64,000 nucleotides of DNA from Selenomonadaceae bacterium (lineage in GTDB: Bacteria > Bacillota > Negativicutes > Selenomonadales > Selenomonadaceae): the NCBI GenBank assembly GCA_017553205.1, contig JAFZMV010000021.1, positions 6,571-70,570 on the forward strand. The letters run 5' to 3'. A program made the position numbers and the translations under genes. Positions 9,838 through 18,710 of this stretch are shown in pieces; positions within the stretch are counted from its first letter, which is position 1, and each line of letters opens with the position of its first letter. The notes under the pieces are model-generated. The model was given only the letters and a program-made list of their open reading frames with translations, ran no database searches and was not told the origin of the DNA.

Positions 9838-10165
9838 AACCCCGCGCCTAAAGGCGGGGGCTTGCAAAAAGTCCTGATTGACTAGCTTAAGTCTTAACTG
9901 ACTACGTTACCTGCGAAAATATAGGTACCTGCGAGCGTAAATCCTAACTTGTAACTCTACGGCTTATGGTTAAACAGTTCTGAGGGGTAGGGACGGTGCT
10001 GTAAGTATACAAAACCGCAGGATAACATTGGCGAAGGATTATTACTCTAGCGGGCGGAGGCTTTAAAAGCAATTAAGCTCGCTCGTCTTTTGGCGAAAAA
10101 ACTTATTTGATAGAGAGGAGGAGTGCGGTTTCCTCCCCACTGCTAAAGCAGGGGGTATCCACCGC
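9838..10165. ncRNA. Candidate structured RNA / long structured htrA leader of unknown class (GC-rich island)
   Basis: About 45-50% G+C in a ~33% background, with stops in all frames. It is bounded by two hairpins of identical architecture: CCCC-G-CGCC UAAA GGCG-GGGG at 9840-9860 and CCCC-A-CUGC UAAA GCAG-GGGG at 10135-10155. Further internal hairpins include ggagga/tcctcc at 10117-10136. Strand is not resolved. Confidence 0.45.
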
Positions 10166-10171
10166 ACATAT

Positions 10172-11290
10172 TTGATGAAATCCAAAAATTTTAAAAAGTT
10201 TGTTTTTGCGGCTTTTATGTGTAGTGCTTTACTTTTGAGCGGCTGTGATAAAAATATCGGAGAAGATTCTGTTGACGATAACGGAAAAGCCGTTGTAAAA
10301 ACTTCTGCAGAAGCGGCAACGAGCAGTTCTTCAAAAGCATCTGACGCAAGAAATACTCCTGTTGTCCGCGTTGCAAAATCTGTCGGACCTTCAGTTGTCG
10401 GAATAACAAATAAAGCAGTTGCGAGAGATTTTTTTAATCGCACTGTAGAAACTGAAGGAGTCGGCTCCGGCGTAATTTTCCGCAAAGACGGTTATATTGT
10501 TACAAACAATCATGTTATTGCAGGTGCAAAGGAATTAATCGTTTCACTTTCTGACGGCAATACTGTCAACGGAGAATTGGTCGGTGCAGATGAAATTACA
10601 GATATTGCTGTTGTAAAAGTCAACGCGAAAGATTTGCCTGTTGCAACTTTTGGAAATTCTGATGATGTTATGGTTGGTGAACCTGCTATTGCTATCGGAA
10701 ATCCTATGGGCTTAGAATTTCAAGGCTCTGTTACTGTCGGAGTTATCAGTGCACTTAACAGAACTTTGGAACTTAATGACAGACGCGTAAAACTTTTACA
10801 AACTGACGCGGCAATAAGTCCCGGAAATTCGGGCGGAGCTTTGTTGAATGCTGACGGAGAAGTTATCGGAATTAACAGTGCGAAACTTGCAACAAACGGA
10901 GTAGAAGGCATGGGCTTTGCAATTCCGATAAACACCGTGCAGAGTATTATTAACGAACTTATGGAAAAAGGTTATGTTGCTCGCCCGTATCTCGGAGTGA
11001 CGATTTTTGATAAACAAACTGCCGCCCGTTACGGATATTCACTGAGTATTGAAAAAGGCGTATATGTTTTTCAAATTGCTGTCGGTTCTCCCGCAGATAA
11101 AGCAGGACTTCAACGCGGAGATATTATTTTGGCTGTAGACGACAAAGAAGTTAATTCCGTGACAGAAGTCAGAAACGATATTGCCGCCAGAAAAATCGGC
11201 GATAAAGTTAAAGTCAAATACGATCGCGACGGAAAAGAAACGACTGTTGAAATTGAATTAAAAGAAATACCTCAGCCGACCAATCAATAA
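10172..11290 (+). CDS. htrA: HtrA/DegP-family serine protease with one PDZ domain, lipoprotein-type signal peptide
   Basis: Catalytic triad contexts TNNHVIAG, DIAVVKV and GNSGGALL, plus a C-terminal PDZ. The N-terminus is K-rich with lipobox LLLSGC. Start is TTG 10172 or ATG 10175. Confidence 0.88.
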   Translation: MMKSKNFKKFVFAAFMCSALLLSGCDKNIGEDSVDDNGKAVVKTSAEAATSSSSKASDARNTPVVRVAKSVGPSVVGITNKAVARDFFNRTVETEGVGSGVIFRKDGYIVTNNHVIAGAKELIVSLSDGNTVNGELVGADEITDIAVVKVNAKDLPVATFGNSDDVMVGEPAIAIGNPMGLEFQGSVTVGVISALNRTLELNDRRVKLLQTDAAISPGNSGGALLNADGEVIGINSAKLATNGVEGMGFAIPINTVQSIINELMEKGYVARPYLGVTIFDKQTAARYGYSLSIEKGVYVFQIAVGSPADKAGLQRGDIILAVDDKEVNSVTEVRNDIAARKIGDKVKVKYDRDGKETTVEIELKEIPQPTNQ

Positions 11291-11314
11291 AAAATTTTTT
11301 AAAACATAAAAAAA

Positions 11315-11348
11315 GCACGGACGGTAAATTCACTGTCTGTGCTTTTTT
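11315..11348 (+). terminator. Intrinsic terminator after htrA
   Basis: gcacggacgg / ctgtctgtgc gives a 10-bp stem (two G-U pairs on the + strand) followed by TTTTTT. An A-run upstream gives partial bidirectionality. Confidence 0.75.
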
Positions 11349-11369
11349 GGTTGAGTTTTTTTAAGAAAA

Positions 11370-11828
11370 TTATTTTTCTTCGCTGTCTTTTTCAACTTCT
11401 GCCGAAACTTTATTTTCAATTTCGATGGGGAAAGTGACAACTTTTAAAGCGGTGAGAGTTTTTGCCGCTCCTTCTTCCAACAAATCAAAATCGCGGAGTT
11501 CGCTTTCATTTCCGACTTTGTGCCATTTGTCTTCATCGTCTTTGAAGTACATTTCAAATTCAAGCTGAAAATGTTTTTCGTCAGCAAATTTCACATGAAA
11601 TTTTCCCGCACTGTACTGCAGACCTGCTTTTTCGTTTTTCTCGATAATTTCGGTAAGACGCGGCAAGGCAACTTCTTTAATATCCTCAATTTTCATGTTG
11701 GGCTTGAGGAGATTTTTAAAAAAATCCTTGACATTTTCGGCGACAACTTTTGCCTTTTCTACAGTCGATTCAACAGACTCTTTAGCCTTATCCATTTGTT
11801 TATCGACCGTTTCTTTTGTAATTGCCAT
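11370..11828 (-). CDS. Hypothetical acidic, lysine/glutamate-rich protein (152 aa)
   Basis: Clean ORF with coding-like composition. No family recognised. Confidence 0.5.
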   Translation of the reverse strand: MAITKETVDKQMDKAKESVESTVEKAKVVAENVKDFFKNLLKPNMKIEDIKEVALPRLTEIIEKNEKAGLQYSAGKFHVKFADEKHFQLEFEMYFKDDEDKWHKVGNESELRDFDLLEEGAAKTLTALKVVTFPIEIENKVSAEVEKDSEEK

Positions 11829-11903
11829 TCAATATTCACTCCCAATTTATAATTTTTGAATTTCATAACTGCTGATTCTTTCAAATATTAAATTTTCCTG
11901 CCT

Positions 11904-11946
11904 AAATAAAAAATCCCTCCGCAGATAAATTTTCTGCAGAGAGATT
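11904..11946 (-). terminator. Intrinsic terminator after the PTS gene
   Basis: On the minus strand ucucucugcaga / ucugcggaggga forms 12 bp, two of them G-U. These pair only in the minus orientation. A U-run follows. Confidence 0.6.
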
Positions 11947-11971
11947 TTTTTATCTTAGGTTTCCGAAAAAA

Positions 11972-13900
11972 TTATTCTTCAACTTTGTAAAGCGTATAAG
12001 TTAAACCAAAACCAACTGCAAGAGCAATCAAGTTTACGATAATGTACTGAATAATTTGTCCGTTCATGTAGAGGAGCATACCAGGAATAACGGTAATACC
12101 CATGCCGGTACCTGCAAGACCCATAAAGCTGGAAATTGCACCGCCGACTGCACCGCCACAGCAACCGAATACAAACGGTTTCATTAAGCGGAGGTTAATA
12201 CCGAAAATTGCAGGCTCGGTAATTCCCAAGAAAGCAGGAACTGTTGAGGAAATATAGAGAGCACGTTTTTTCGGATCTTGAGTTTTGAGAGAAACTGCCA
12301 ATGCCGCACCGCCCTGAGCGATTGTTGCACAAGTGATGATAGCATTGAACGGGTCAGCTTTAATTGTGCTGAGGAGATAAATTTCCAACGCACTGAAGAC
12401 GTGGTGAACACCGAAAATAACGATAACCTGCTGAAGTCCGCCGATAACAAGACCGCCGAGAACAGGAATTTCCAAGAAGTTTTGAACTGCACCGAAAACA
12501 ACCGATTCAAGACCATGCATGATAGGTCCGACAACGAGGAAACCGAGAGCCATTGAAATTGTCAATGTCAAGAACGGAGTTACAATCAAGTCGATAACAT
12601 CTGGGATAAAAGTTTTAAGCCAGTGCTGGAGTTTCGCCGCAAAAATACCGAGAACCAACGCGGGAAGAACTGAACCCTGATAGCCTACCAAAGGAACTGT
12701 GAAAAGTCCCACGTCCAAAGGAATAGGAACTTTGCCGGCATATTCGGGAATAGCGGCTGCTTCCTGCCAAGTCAATCCCAATTCTTTCAAGTCGTTAGCA
12801 AATCCACCGACGACATAAGCGTTAGGCAGAGCCGGGAAAACCAACATCAAACCAAGAACAATACCGATAACGGGAGTACCGCCGAATTTATTCATTGTAG
12901 ACCAGCAGACCAATGCGGGCAAGAATGCAAATGCCGTATCAGTCAAAACTTGAGTCATCAATAAGAAGTTAGGACTCCATTCACTTCCGAGCGACAACAA
13001 CGCTCCGCGAAGTCCCATGAAAAGACCTGTAGCAACCAAAACAGGAATGATAGGTACGAAAACGTCGCCCAATGTACGGGAAATTTTTTGTACCAAACTC
13101 ATTTCGGCGTAAGCAGCTTCTTTTCCGCCGCCTGCACCAAGTGCGGGTTTTAATTTGATAAATTCTTCAGTGACTTTATCAACAAAACCTGTACCGCAGA
13201 TAATCTGATACTGCTGAGCCGCAAAGAATTGACCTTTAACTCCGTCAATGTTTTCGATTTTCTTTTCTTGGATTTTCGATTTGTCATTGACAATAAGACG
13301 CAAACGAGTTGCACAGTGTTCAGCAGTTCTTACGTTATCGGGACCGCCTACATAGTGCATAATAGACTTGGCGACGCGTTCCGCATCCGGTAAGCCTGCA
13401 AACTTTTTAATAACGTCGTCGTCTGCTTCAGCCGAACCGCCGGAACTTTTTTCTTCTTTGGCGGCTTTTGCGGTGACTTTTTGTCCGTCAAGTTCAAAAG
13501 TAATGTCGCCGAATTCTGAATGGTTAGTAACAACAACAGGAGTTGTAGTTTCGTAACCTGCGTCAGTAATAACTTTCGGATCAAACTCAAGCAGAAGTTG
13601 TCCGCGTTTGACTTTACTTCCTGCCTCTGCTTTCGGTTTAAAACCTTTGCCGTCAAGTTTAACCGTGTCCATGCCGACGTGAATCAAAAGTTCAATTCCG
13701 TCGTTGGACTTCAAACCGATTGCGTGACCTGTCGGGAAGAAAACAGTAATCTCACCGTCAAAAGGTGCATAAACTTTTCCTTCGGGATCTTTGACAGCGG
13801 CGCCGCGACCCATTGCACCACCGGCAAACACAGGGTCATTGACCTCGTTTAACGGTGTAAGTTTACCGTTAATAGGACTGCTAATGCGTATGTCCTTCAT
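11972..13900 (-). CDS. PTS sugar transporter, fused EIIA-EIIB-EIIC (glucose/sucrose/beta-glucoside superfamily)
   Basis: EIIA-Glc-like N-terminus (..HAIGLKS..IELLIHVGMDTV), EIIB with active-site CATRLR, then a polytopic EIIC. Start placed at ATG 13900 (GGAGGG 6 nt upstream) rather than the longer ORF-track start. Confidence 0.8.
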   Translation of the reverse strand: MKDIRISSPINGKLTPLNEVNDPVFAGGAMGRGAAVKDPEGKVYAPFDGEITVFFPTGHAIGLKSNDGIELLIHVGMDTVKLDGKGFKPKAEAGSKVKRGQLLLEFDPKVITDAGYETTTPVVVTNHSEFGDITFELDGQKVTAKAAKEEKSSGGSAEADDDVIKKFAGLPDAERVAKSIMHYVGGPDNVRTAEHCATRLRLIVNDKSKIQEKKIENIDGVKGQFFAAQQYQIICGTGFVDKVTEEFIKLKPALGAGGGKEAAYAEMSLVQKISRTLGDVFVPIIPVLVATGLFMGLRGALLSLGSEWSPNFLLMTQVLTDTAFAFLPALVCWSTMNKFGGTPVIGIVLGLMLVFPALPNAYVVGGFANDLKELGLTWQEAAAIPEYAGKVPIPLDVGLFTVPLVGYQGSVLPALVLGIFAAKLQHWLKTFIPDVIDLIVTPFLTLTISMALGFLVVGPIMHGLESVVFGAVQNFLEIPVLGGLVIGGLQQVIVIFGVHHVFSALEIYLLSTIKADPFNAIITCATIAQGGAALAVSLKTQDPKKRALYISSTVPAFLGITEPAIFGINLRLMKPFVFGCCGGAVGGAISSFMGLAGTGMGITVIPGMLLYMNGQIIQYIIVNLIALAVGFGLTYTLYKVEE

Positions 13901-14306
13901 CTCTTCGCCCTCCTTCAAGCGATACATAAAAAACACAGGAACGACCTACAAATTTATTTCAGCAAAATAAATTTCCAAGATTTAAAATGATTCAATTTCT
14001 CCGTGCCGAAACAAAATTTCAAGTATTTGCAAATCGCCCCTCCTCAAATAAAGTATGAAAAAAATATGTATGAATTATATCTGCATAAGGTTTTAACGTC
14101 AACTGCAAGAAGAAAAAATTTTTCGATAATTTTTTAACAATCTTTTGTTGATTCTAGTCAATAATTCCAGTACATTTTGGAAAAATAAAATCTGTCTTAA
14201 ATCACTCGAAGTGAGCAAGAATTTTAATCGACGTTGTTAAAAATTTCTCGACAAAATAAATTTTCTGTGGAATAATTCCTTCAAAATTTTTGGAGGGATT
14301 TTTTTT

Positions 14307-14864
14307 ATGATAATTTTGGCTTCTGCATCTCCACGCAGAAAAGAACTTTTGAAAAAACTTTGCGATAATTTTATCGTTGAATCTTGCGACGTGGAAGAAA
14401 TTCAAACTGCTGACAATCCGAAAAATTTGGCGGTAAAAAATGCCGAACTTAAAGCAAAATTTATTTCCGCTCGGCATGAAAATGATATTGTTATTGGTGC
14501 TGATACGATTGTTACTTTGAACGGGAAAATTTTTGGAAAACCTGCCGACAAATTCGGTGCTGAAAAAATGCTCCGTGAACTTTCGGGAAAAAAGCATGAA
14601 GTTATAACCGGAATTGCAATTTGTACCGAAAATAAAATTTTTACGGCGGCAGAAGTCACCGAAGTTTTTTTTGGAGAAATGACTGACAAAGAAATTTCTG
14701 AATATGTTTCAACCGGCGAACCTCTCGATAAATCAGGCTCGTATGCTTTACAGGGAGGAGCGGCGAAATTTATCGAAAAAATTAACGGCGACTGGTCAAA
14801 TGTTGTCGGACTTCCGCTATACAGACTCAGACAGCTGGCAAAATCTTCGGGGATTTCTCTTTAA
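14307..14864 (+). CDS. maf: Maf-family nucleoside triphosphate pyrophosphatase (septum formation inhibitor-like)
   Basis: MIILASASPRRKELL.. N-terminus and overall Maf pattern. GGAGGG lies upstream. Confidence 0.88.
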   Translation: MIILASASPRRKELLKKLCDNFIVESCDVEEIQTADNPKNLAVKNAELKAKFISARHENDIVIGADTIVTLNGKIFGKPADKFGAEKMLRELSGKKHEVITGIAICTENKIFTAAEVTEVFFGEMTDKEISEYVSTGEPLDKSGSYALQGGAAKFIEKINGDWSNVVGLPLYRLRQLAKSSGISL

Positions 14865-14870
14865 AATTCC

Positions 14871-14899
14871 TTGTAATAAAAATTTAAGTCGGTTATAAT
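14871..14899 (+). promoter_or_regulatory. Sigma-70-type promoter for the solute-binding protein gene
   Basis: TTGTAA, 17-nt spacer, TATAAT. Confidence 0.5.
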
Positions 14900-14933
14900 T
14901 GCGAAAAATTTTTCTTTGCGGGAAGGTGAGTTT

Positions 14934-15980
14934 ATGCGGCGGTATACTGTTTTGCTGTTGGCGGTTTTTATGCTGGTCTTATCTGCGGCGGCAGGAATGA
15001 GTTTTAAAGTCGGAGCAGACGAAAAATCTTTTGACGTACCCATGCAGGAATTGACGGCTTATACAACACTTCCTGCGGAAACTGTTACAATTTTGTCGGA
15101 GGCGTACGAAAAAGAAAGTCGTGTCAGAGTAAATTTTGTTCCGCTTACTCAACAAGATTTAATTCAAAAAGTTCGTGATGATTCTGTTTCAGATCCCACC
15201 GTTGTTAAAACTGTTGACGTTGTAATTTCGGACAGTGCAACTTTAAAAAAGGCGGCGGATTTAAATTTGTTTACGCCTTACACTTCAGAAATAAATGACT
15301 CCGTAAAAAACAGTTTCAAAGACGGCTATGACAGATGGGTCGGAATTTGGTACGATCCTATTGTTTTTTGTGCGAACAAAGATTATTTGAAAAAAATTTA
15401 TGAAATTCCCGACACTTGGGAAAGTTTATCTAAATCAACTGCACGAATCGGAATCACAGATTTTTTGGCGGCTGATGCGTCCTCAAATTTGATGATGCAA
15501 ATGATCGGAAATTTCGGCGACGCAAAAACTTTTGAAATTTTGGCGGGAATACATCCTAAGGTTGTTCAGTACGCAAAATATTTATCAAATCCCGTACGCC
15601 AAGCAGGTATGGGTGAAACTGATATTTCTGTTGCCATTGAGAGCGAAACGTTGAGATATATTCAGGACGGCTATCCGCTGAAAATAATTTATCCCGCAAA
15701 CGGCACGGCTTATATTTTGACGGGAGTCGGAATCACTGCAAAAGATGAAGTCAAAAATAAAGCGGCTGGAAATTTTGCGGACTGGCTTTTAAGTGATGAA
15801 GCTCAAATGATTCTTCAGAAAACGGGCTTTTATTTTATTTCAACAAATCCCAGAACTTTGGCGTATAAAACTTTTGCGGGGAAAAATCTTGTGCTTTTCA
15901 ATGATTCGCAGAATTTTACCGAACAACAGAGAAATACTTTTTTAGACCGCTGGGTTAAACAAATCAGATTTTCTAATTAG
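14934..15980 (+). CDS. ABC transporter periplasmic/extracellular solute-binding protein (family 1, iron/polyamine/thiamine-like); no cognate permease or ATPase adjacent
   Basis: Signal peptide (LLLAVFMLVLSAAAG) and the general SBP family-1 pattern. Start at ATG 14934 after GGAAGGTGAG. Confidence 0.6.
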   Translation: MRRYTVLLLAVFMLVLSAAAGMSFKVGADEKSFDVPMQELTAYTTLPAETVTILSEAYEKESRVRVNFVPLTQQDLIQKVRDDSVSDPTVVKTVDVVISDSATLKKAADLNLFTPYTSEINDSVKNSFKDGYDRWVGIWYDPIVFCANKDYLKKIYEIPDTWESLSKSTARIGITDFLAADASSNLMMQMIGNFGDAKTFEILAGIHPKVVQYAKYLSNPVRQAGMGETDISVAIESETLRYIQDGYPLKIIYPANGTAYILTGVGITAKDEVKNKAAGNFADWLLSDEAQMILQKTGFYFISTNPRTLAYKTFAGKNLVLFNDSQNFTEQQRNTFLDRWVKQIRFSN

Positions 15981-15996
15981 TGAGGCGAAAAAAATT

Positions 15997-17340
15997 TTGG
16001 ATAACAAAAAAAATTTAAAAGCCGGAATTATAAGTTTGGGCTGTGCAAAAAATTTAGTTGATACTGAAGTCATGCTGGGAATTATGCGGGATAACAATAT
16101 TACAATTACTCCGAATCCTGCAGAAGCTGACATTTTAATAATAAATACTTGTGCTTTTATTGCGTCGGCGAAAGAAGAATCAATCACGACGATTTTAAAT
16201 TTTTCAGAGTACAAGACTGAAGGAAACTGCAAATCTTTAATCGTTGCGGGCTGTCTTGGTCAGCGTTACAGCAAAGAACTTTTAAACGAGATGCCGGAAA
16301 TTGATGCAATAATCGGCACAAGTACATGGCACAGAATTATTGAGGCGATAAATTTAACTCTTCGCGGCGAGCGTGCTATTTTAATCGGCGACAAAGAAAT
16401 TATTTACGACTCCAAAACTCCCCGCCTTCGCACTACTCCGAGTTATACCGCCTATGTAAAAATTGCTGAAGGTTGCGATCATAAATGTGCTTTCTGTGCA
16501 ATTCCTTTAATTCGCGGAAAACAAATTTCAAGACCGATTGAAGATATTGTTGCCGAAGTTCAAAGACTTGCTGACGAGGGAGTTAAAGAAATAAATTTAA
16601 TTGCTCAAGATACTACAAATTACGGTCGAGATATTTACGGAAAGCCGAAACTTGCCGACTTGCTCCGCGAACTTGTCAAAGTCGAAAAAATTTCATGGAT
16701 AAGAATTTTGTACGCTTATCCGCAGAGTTTTACAGACGAACTTATTGATTTAATCGCGAGCGAAGAAAAAATTTGTAATTATATTGACTTGCCGTTACAG
16801 CATGCGGCGGACAGTGTTTTGAAACGCATGCACAGACCTGACACAAAAAAATCAATTGAAACGCTTTTAAATAAACTTCGTGAAAAAATTCCTGATGTTG
16901 CAATTCGTTCAACTTTTATGGTCGGTTATCCCGGCGAAACTGATGAAGAATTTGAGATTTTGAAAAATTTCCTGCTGGAACAAAGACTTGATAAAGTCGG
17001 CATTTTTGTTTATTCTCCTGAAGAAGATACCGCCGCTTATGAAATGGACGGGCAAATTTTGGAAGATGTTGCGGGCGAGCGTTACCATGAGTTAATGAGT
17101 ATTCAAAGTTTAATTTCTCAAGAGATTAACGAAAGTTTGGTTGAAAAAGAATTTGATGTTCTGATTGAAGGACGCGACACGGAAACTGCCGAAGTTGTTG
17201 CGGGACGTTCTTACCGCGAGGCTCCTGAAGTTGACGGACAAATTTATATTGAGAATGACAGAAAGAGTTCTGCAGGCGATATTGTCCGCGTAAAAGTCAC
17301 TGCGGGTTTTGCTTATGACGTTGCCGCAGAAAAAATTTGA
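15997..17340 (+). CDS. rimO: Ribosomal protein S12 methylthiotransferase RimO (radical SAM, MTTase N-domain + TRAM)
   Basis: LGCAKNLVDTEVMLG N-terminus, radical SAM CDHKCAFCAIP, C-terminal TRAM. Confidence 0.88.
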   Translation: MDNKKNLKAGIISLGCAKNLVDTEVMLGIMRDNNITITPNPAEADILIINTCAFIASAKEESITTILNFSEYKTEGNCKSLIVAGCLGQRYSKELLNEMPEIDAIIGTSTWHRIIEAINLTLRGERAILIGDKEIIYDSKTPRLRTTPSYTAYVKIAEGCDHKCAFCAIPLIRGKQISRPIEDIVAEVQRLADEGVKEINLIAQDTTNYGRDIYGKPKLADLLRELVKVEKISWIRILYAYPQSFTDELIDLIASEEKICNYIDLPLQHAADSVLKRMHRPDTKKSIETLLNKLREKIPDVAIRSTFMVGYPGETDEEFEILKNFLLEQRLDKVGIFVYSPEEDTAAYEMDGQILEDVAGERYHELMSIQSLISQEINESLVEKEFDVLIEGRDTETAEVVAGRSYREAPEVDGQIYIENDRKSSAGDIVRVKVTAGFAYDVAAEKI

Positions 17341-17373
17341 TTTTGCGAAAAAATTTTTTAAGGTGGTCTTTTT

Positions 17374-17532
17374 GTGAATAGTGAATTAAATGAAAAAGTT
17401 TCTGCTGACGATTCTATTTTGAAAAAAATTTTTAGAGGAATTGCACTTGTAGGTTTTGGAATTGTCGGAACTCTTTTTGTCTTTGTGAATGGAATGTTGG
17501 GAAGATTCGGAGAACCGAAAAAGAAAAAATAA
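17374..17532 (+). CDS. Unannotated small membrane protein (52 aa), below the ORF-track cutoff
   Basis: GTG start 6 nt after AAGGTGG. One hydrophobic helix (IFRGIALVGFGIVGTLFVFVNGML) and a basic tail (EPKKKK). Confidence 0.4.
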   Translation: MNSELNEKVSADDSILKKIFRGIALVGFGIVGTLFVFVNGMLGRFGEPKKKK

Positions 17533-17557
17533 TTTTTTTTACGGAGGATAAAAAATC

Positions 17558-17932
17558 TTGTACGAATTAACTGTAAGATCCGAATTTGAGGCGGCTCACA
17601 AAATTAAAAATTATCCCGGGAAATGTGCACGGCTTCACGGTCATAATTGGATTGTTGAAATTGTTGTCAAAGGTTCTGAACTTAACGAGCTGGGAATTTT
17701 GGTGGACTTCAAAATTTTGAAATCCGAACTGAATAAAGTTTTGGAAGAATTGGATCATCAATACTTGAATGAACTTAAAATTTTTGCGGAAAAAGAGCCG
17801 ACTGCAGAAAATATTGCAAAAATTATTTTTGAAAAACTTTCCTGCTCTGAAATTTTTAACGGTGCGGCAAAATTATCGGCAGTAAAAGTATTCGAGTCGC
17901 CGAAATCCTGCGTCATTTATTATCCCGACTGA
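17558..17932 (+). CDS. queD: 6-carboxy-5,6,7,8-tetrahydropterin synthase
   Basis: FEAAHKI..CARLHGHNW.. signature of the PTPS/QueD family. TTG start after GGAGGA. Confidence 0.85.
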   Translation: MYELTVRSEFEAAHKIKNYPGKCARLHGHNWIVEIVVKGSELNELGILVDFKILKSELNKVLEELDHQYLNELKIFAEKEPTAENIAKIIFEKLSCSEIFNGAAKLSAVKVFESPKSCVIYYPD

Positions 17933-18062
17933 AAAAATTTTTTTGAATATCCTGCCGAAAAAAATACGGCATTTTTTTTTGGAAATTTGCCGAACAGAAT
18001 AATCCCCATAAATTTTGCCGAAGAATTTTTACAACTGATAGAATAAGGAGTGTTGATTTAGC

Positions 18063-18710
18063 TTGAATTTTTATCCGAAAATTTTATGTATGCTCTTATT
18101 GCTGGTATTTTTGCCGCCGATTGGTTTAATTTTCATGTACAAATTTTCTCCGTTCAACAGGCAAACAAATTTCATGATTGCGGTGGCTTGTATAGGATTT
18201 TTTATTTACGCTCAATTTTCTTCTCCGAACAGTTCAGATTTGAAATTATTTTTCACGGGAGAAAATAAAAAAGCCGCCTACCAAGTGACGACTGAAGAAT
18301 TTATAGAAAAATTTAATTTAAAATCTGAAGAACTTGCCCGACAACTGCAAATGAAAATTAAAAATCCGCTGGAAGTTTCGGAAAAAAGTTTTCGTTATGA
18401 ATTTAATCAGAATCTAATTTTGAGCGGAAAAATTGGAACGGACGAAAATATTTCTGAAATTGAAATTTTTGCCGATCCCAAAAATCAAGACGAATCTTTT
18501 CAAGCGATTGTTTGTATCGGTTTAATAATTTCTGTTTTCAATCCCGAATTGGATCAGGACGAACGCAGCGAAATTTTCAACGAATTAAAAATGTTTGTGG
18601 ATAAGGGAACCGCGAACATGAACGAAAAAACCACACGCGGAAAAATTCAATACAGCGTACAGACTGACGAAAATAAAAAAGTTACTTTCAAAGCTGTAGT
18701 CATGAAATAA
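18063..18710 (+). CDS. Hypothetical membrane-anchored protein (two N-terminal TM helices)
   Basis: ORF with hydrophobic N-terminus. AAGGAG upstream of the TTG. No family recognised. Confidence 0.5.
   Translation: MNFYPKILCMLLLLVFLPPIGLIFMYKFSPFNRQTNFMIAVACIGFFIYAQFSSPNSSDLKLFFTGENKKAAYQVTTEEFIEKFNLKSEELARQLQMKIKNPLEVSEKSFRYEFNQNLILSGKIGTDENISEIEIFADPKNQDESFQAIVCIGLIISVFNPELDQDERSEIFNELKMFVDKGTANMNEKTTRGKIQYSVQTDENKKVTFKAVVMK

Noticed and set aside
9838-10165. Tested whether the GC-rich island is tmRNA, RNase P RNA, SRP RNA or a T-box/riboswitch.
   Set aside because: Isolated short resemblances exist: AAAAGUCC and CGGCUUAUGG on the plus strand, GAGGAAACC and CAGGUAACG on the minus strand, and UCCACC near one end. 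They occur in the wrong order or spacing for RNase P. There is no tRNA-like acceptor/T-arm pairing or ..LAA tag frame for tmRNA. No SRP domain IV motif and no T-box, SAM, B12 or c-di-AMP core is visible. A formal Rfam scan is still required.
13990-14060. Strong SD-like GAGGAGGGG on the minus strand followed by a 16-codon TTG ORF upstream of the PTS gene, considered as a leader peptide or RAT antiterminator.
   Set aside because: No RAT-like sequence or overlapping terminator/antiterminator pair was identified. The ORF is tiny with a non-ATG start, so the evidence is insufficient.
17533-17557. Looked for a preQ1 riboswitch upstream of queD.
   Set aside because: The spacer is only about 25 nt and contains just the RBS. 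No preQ1-I or preQ1-II hairpin with an A-rich tail is present.
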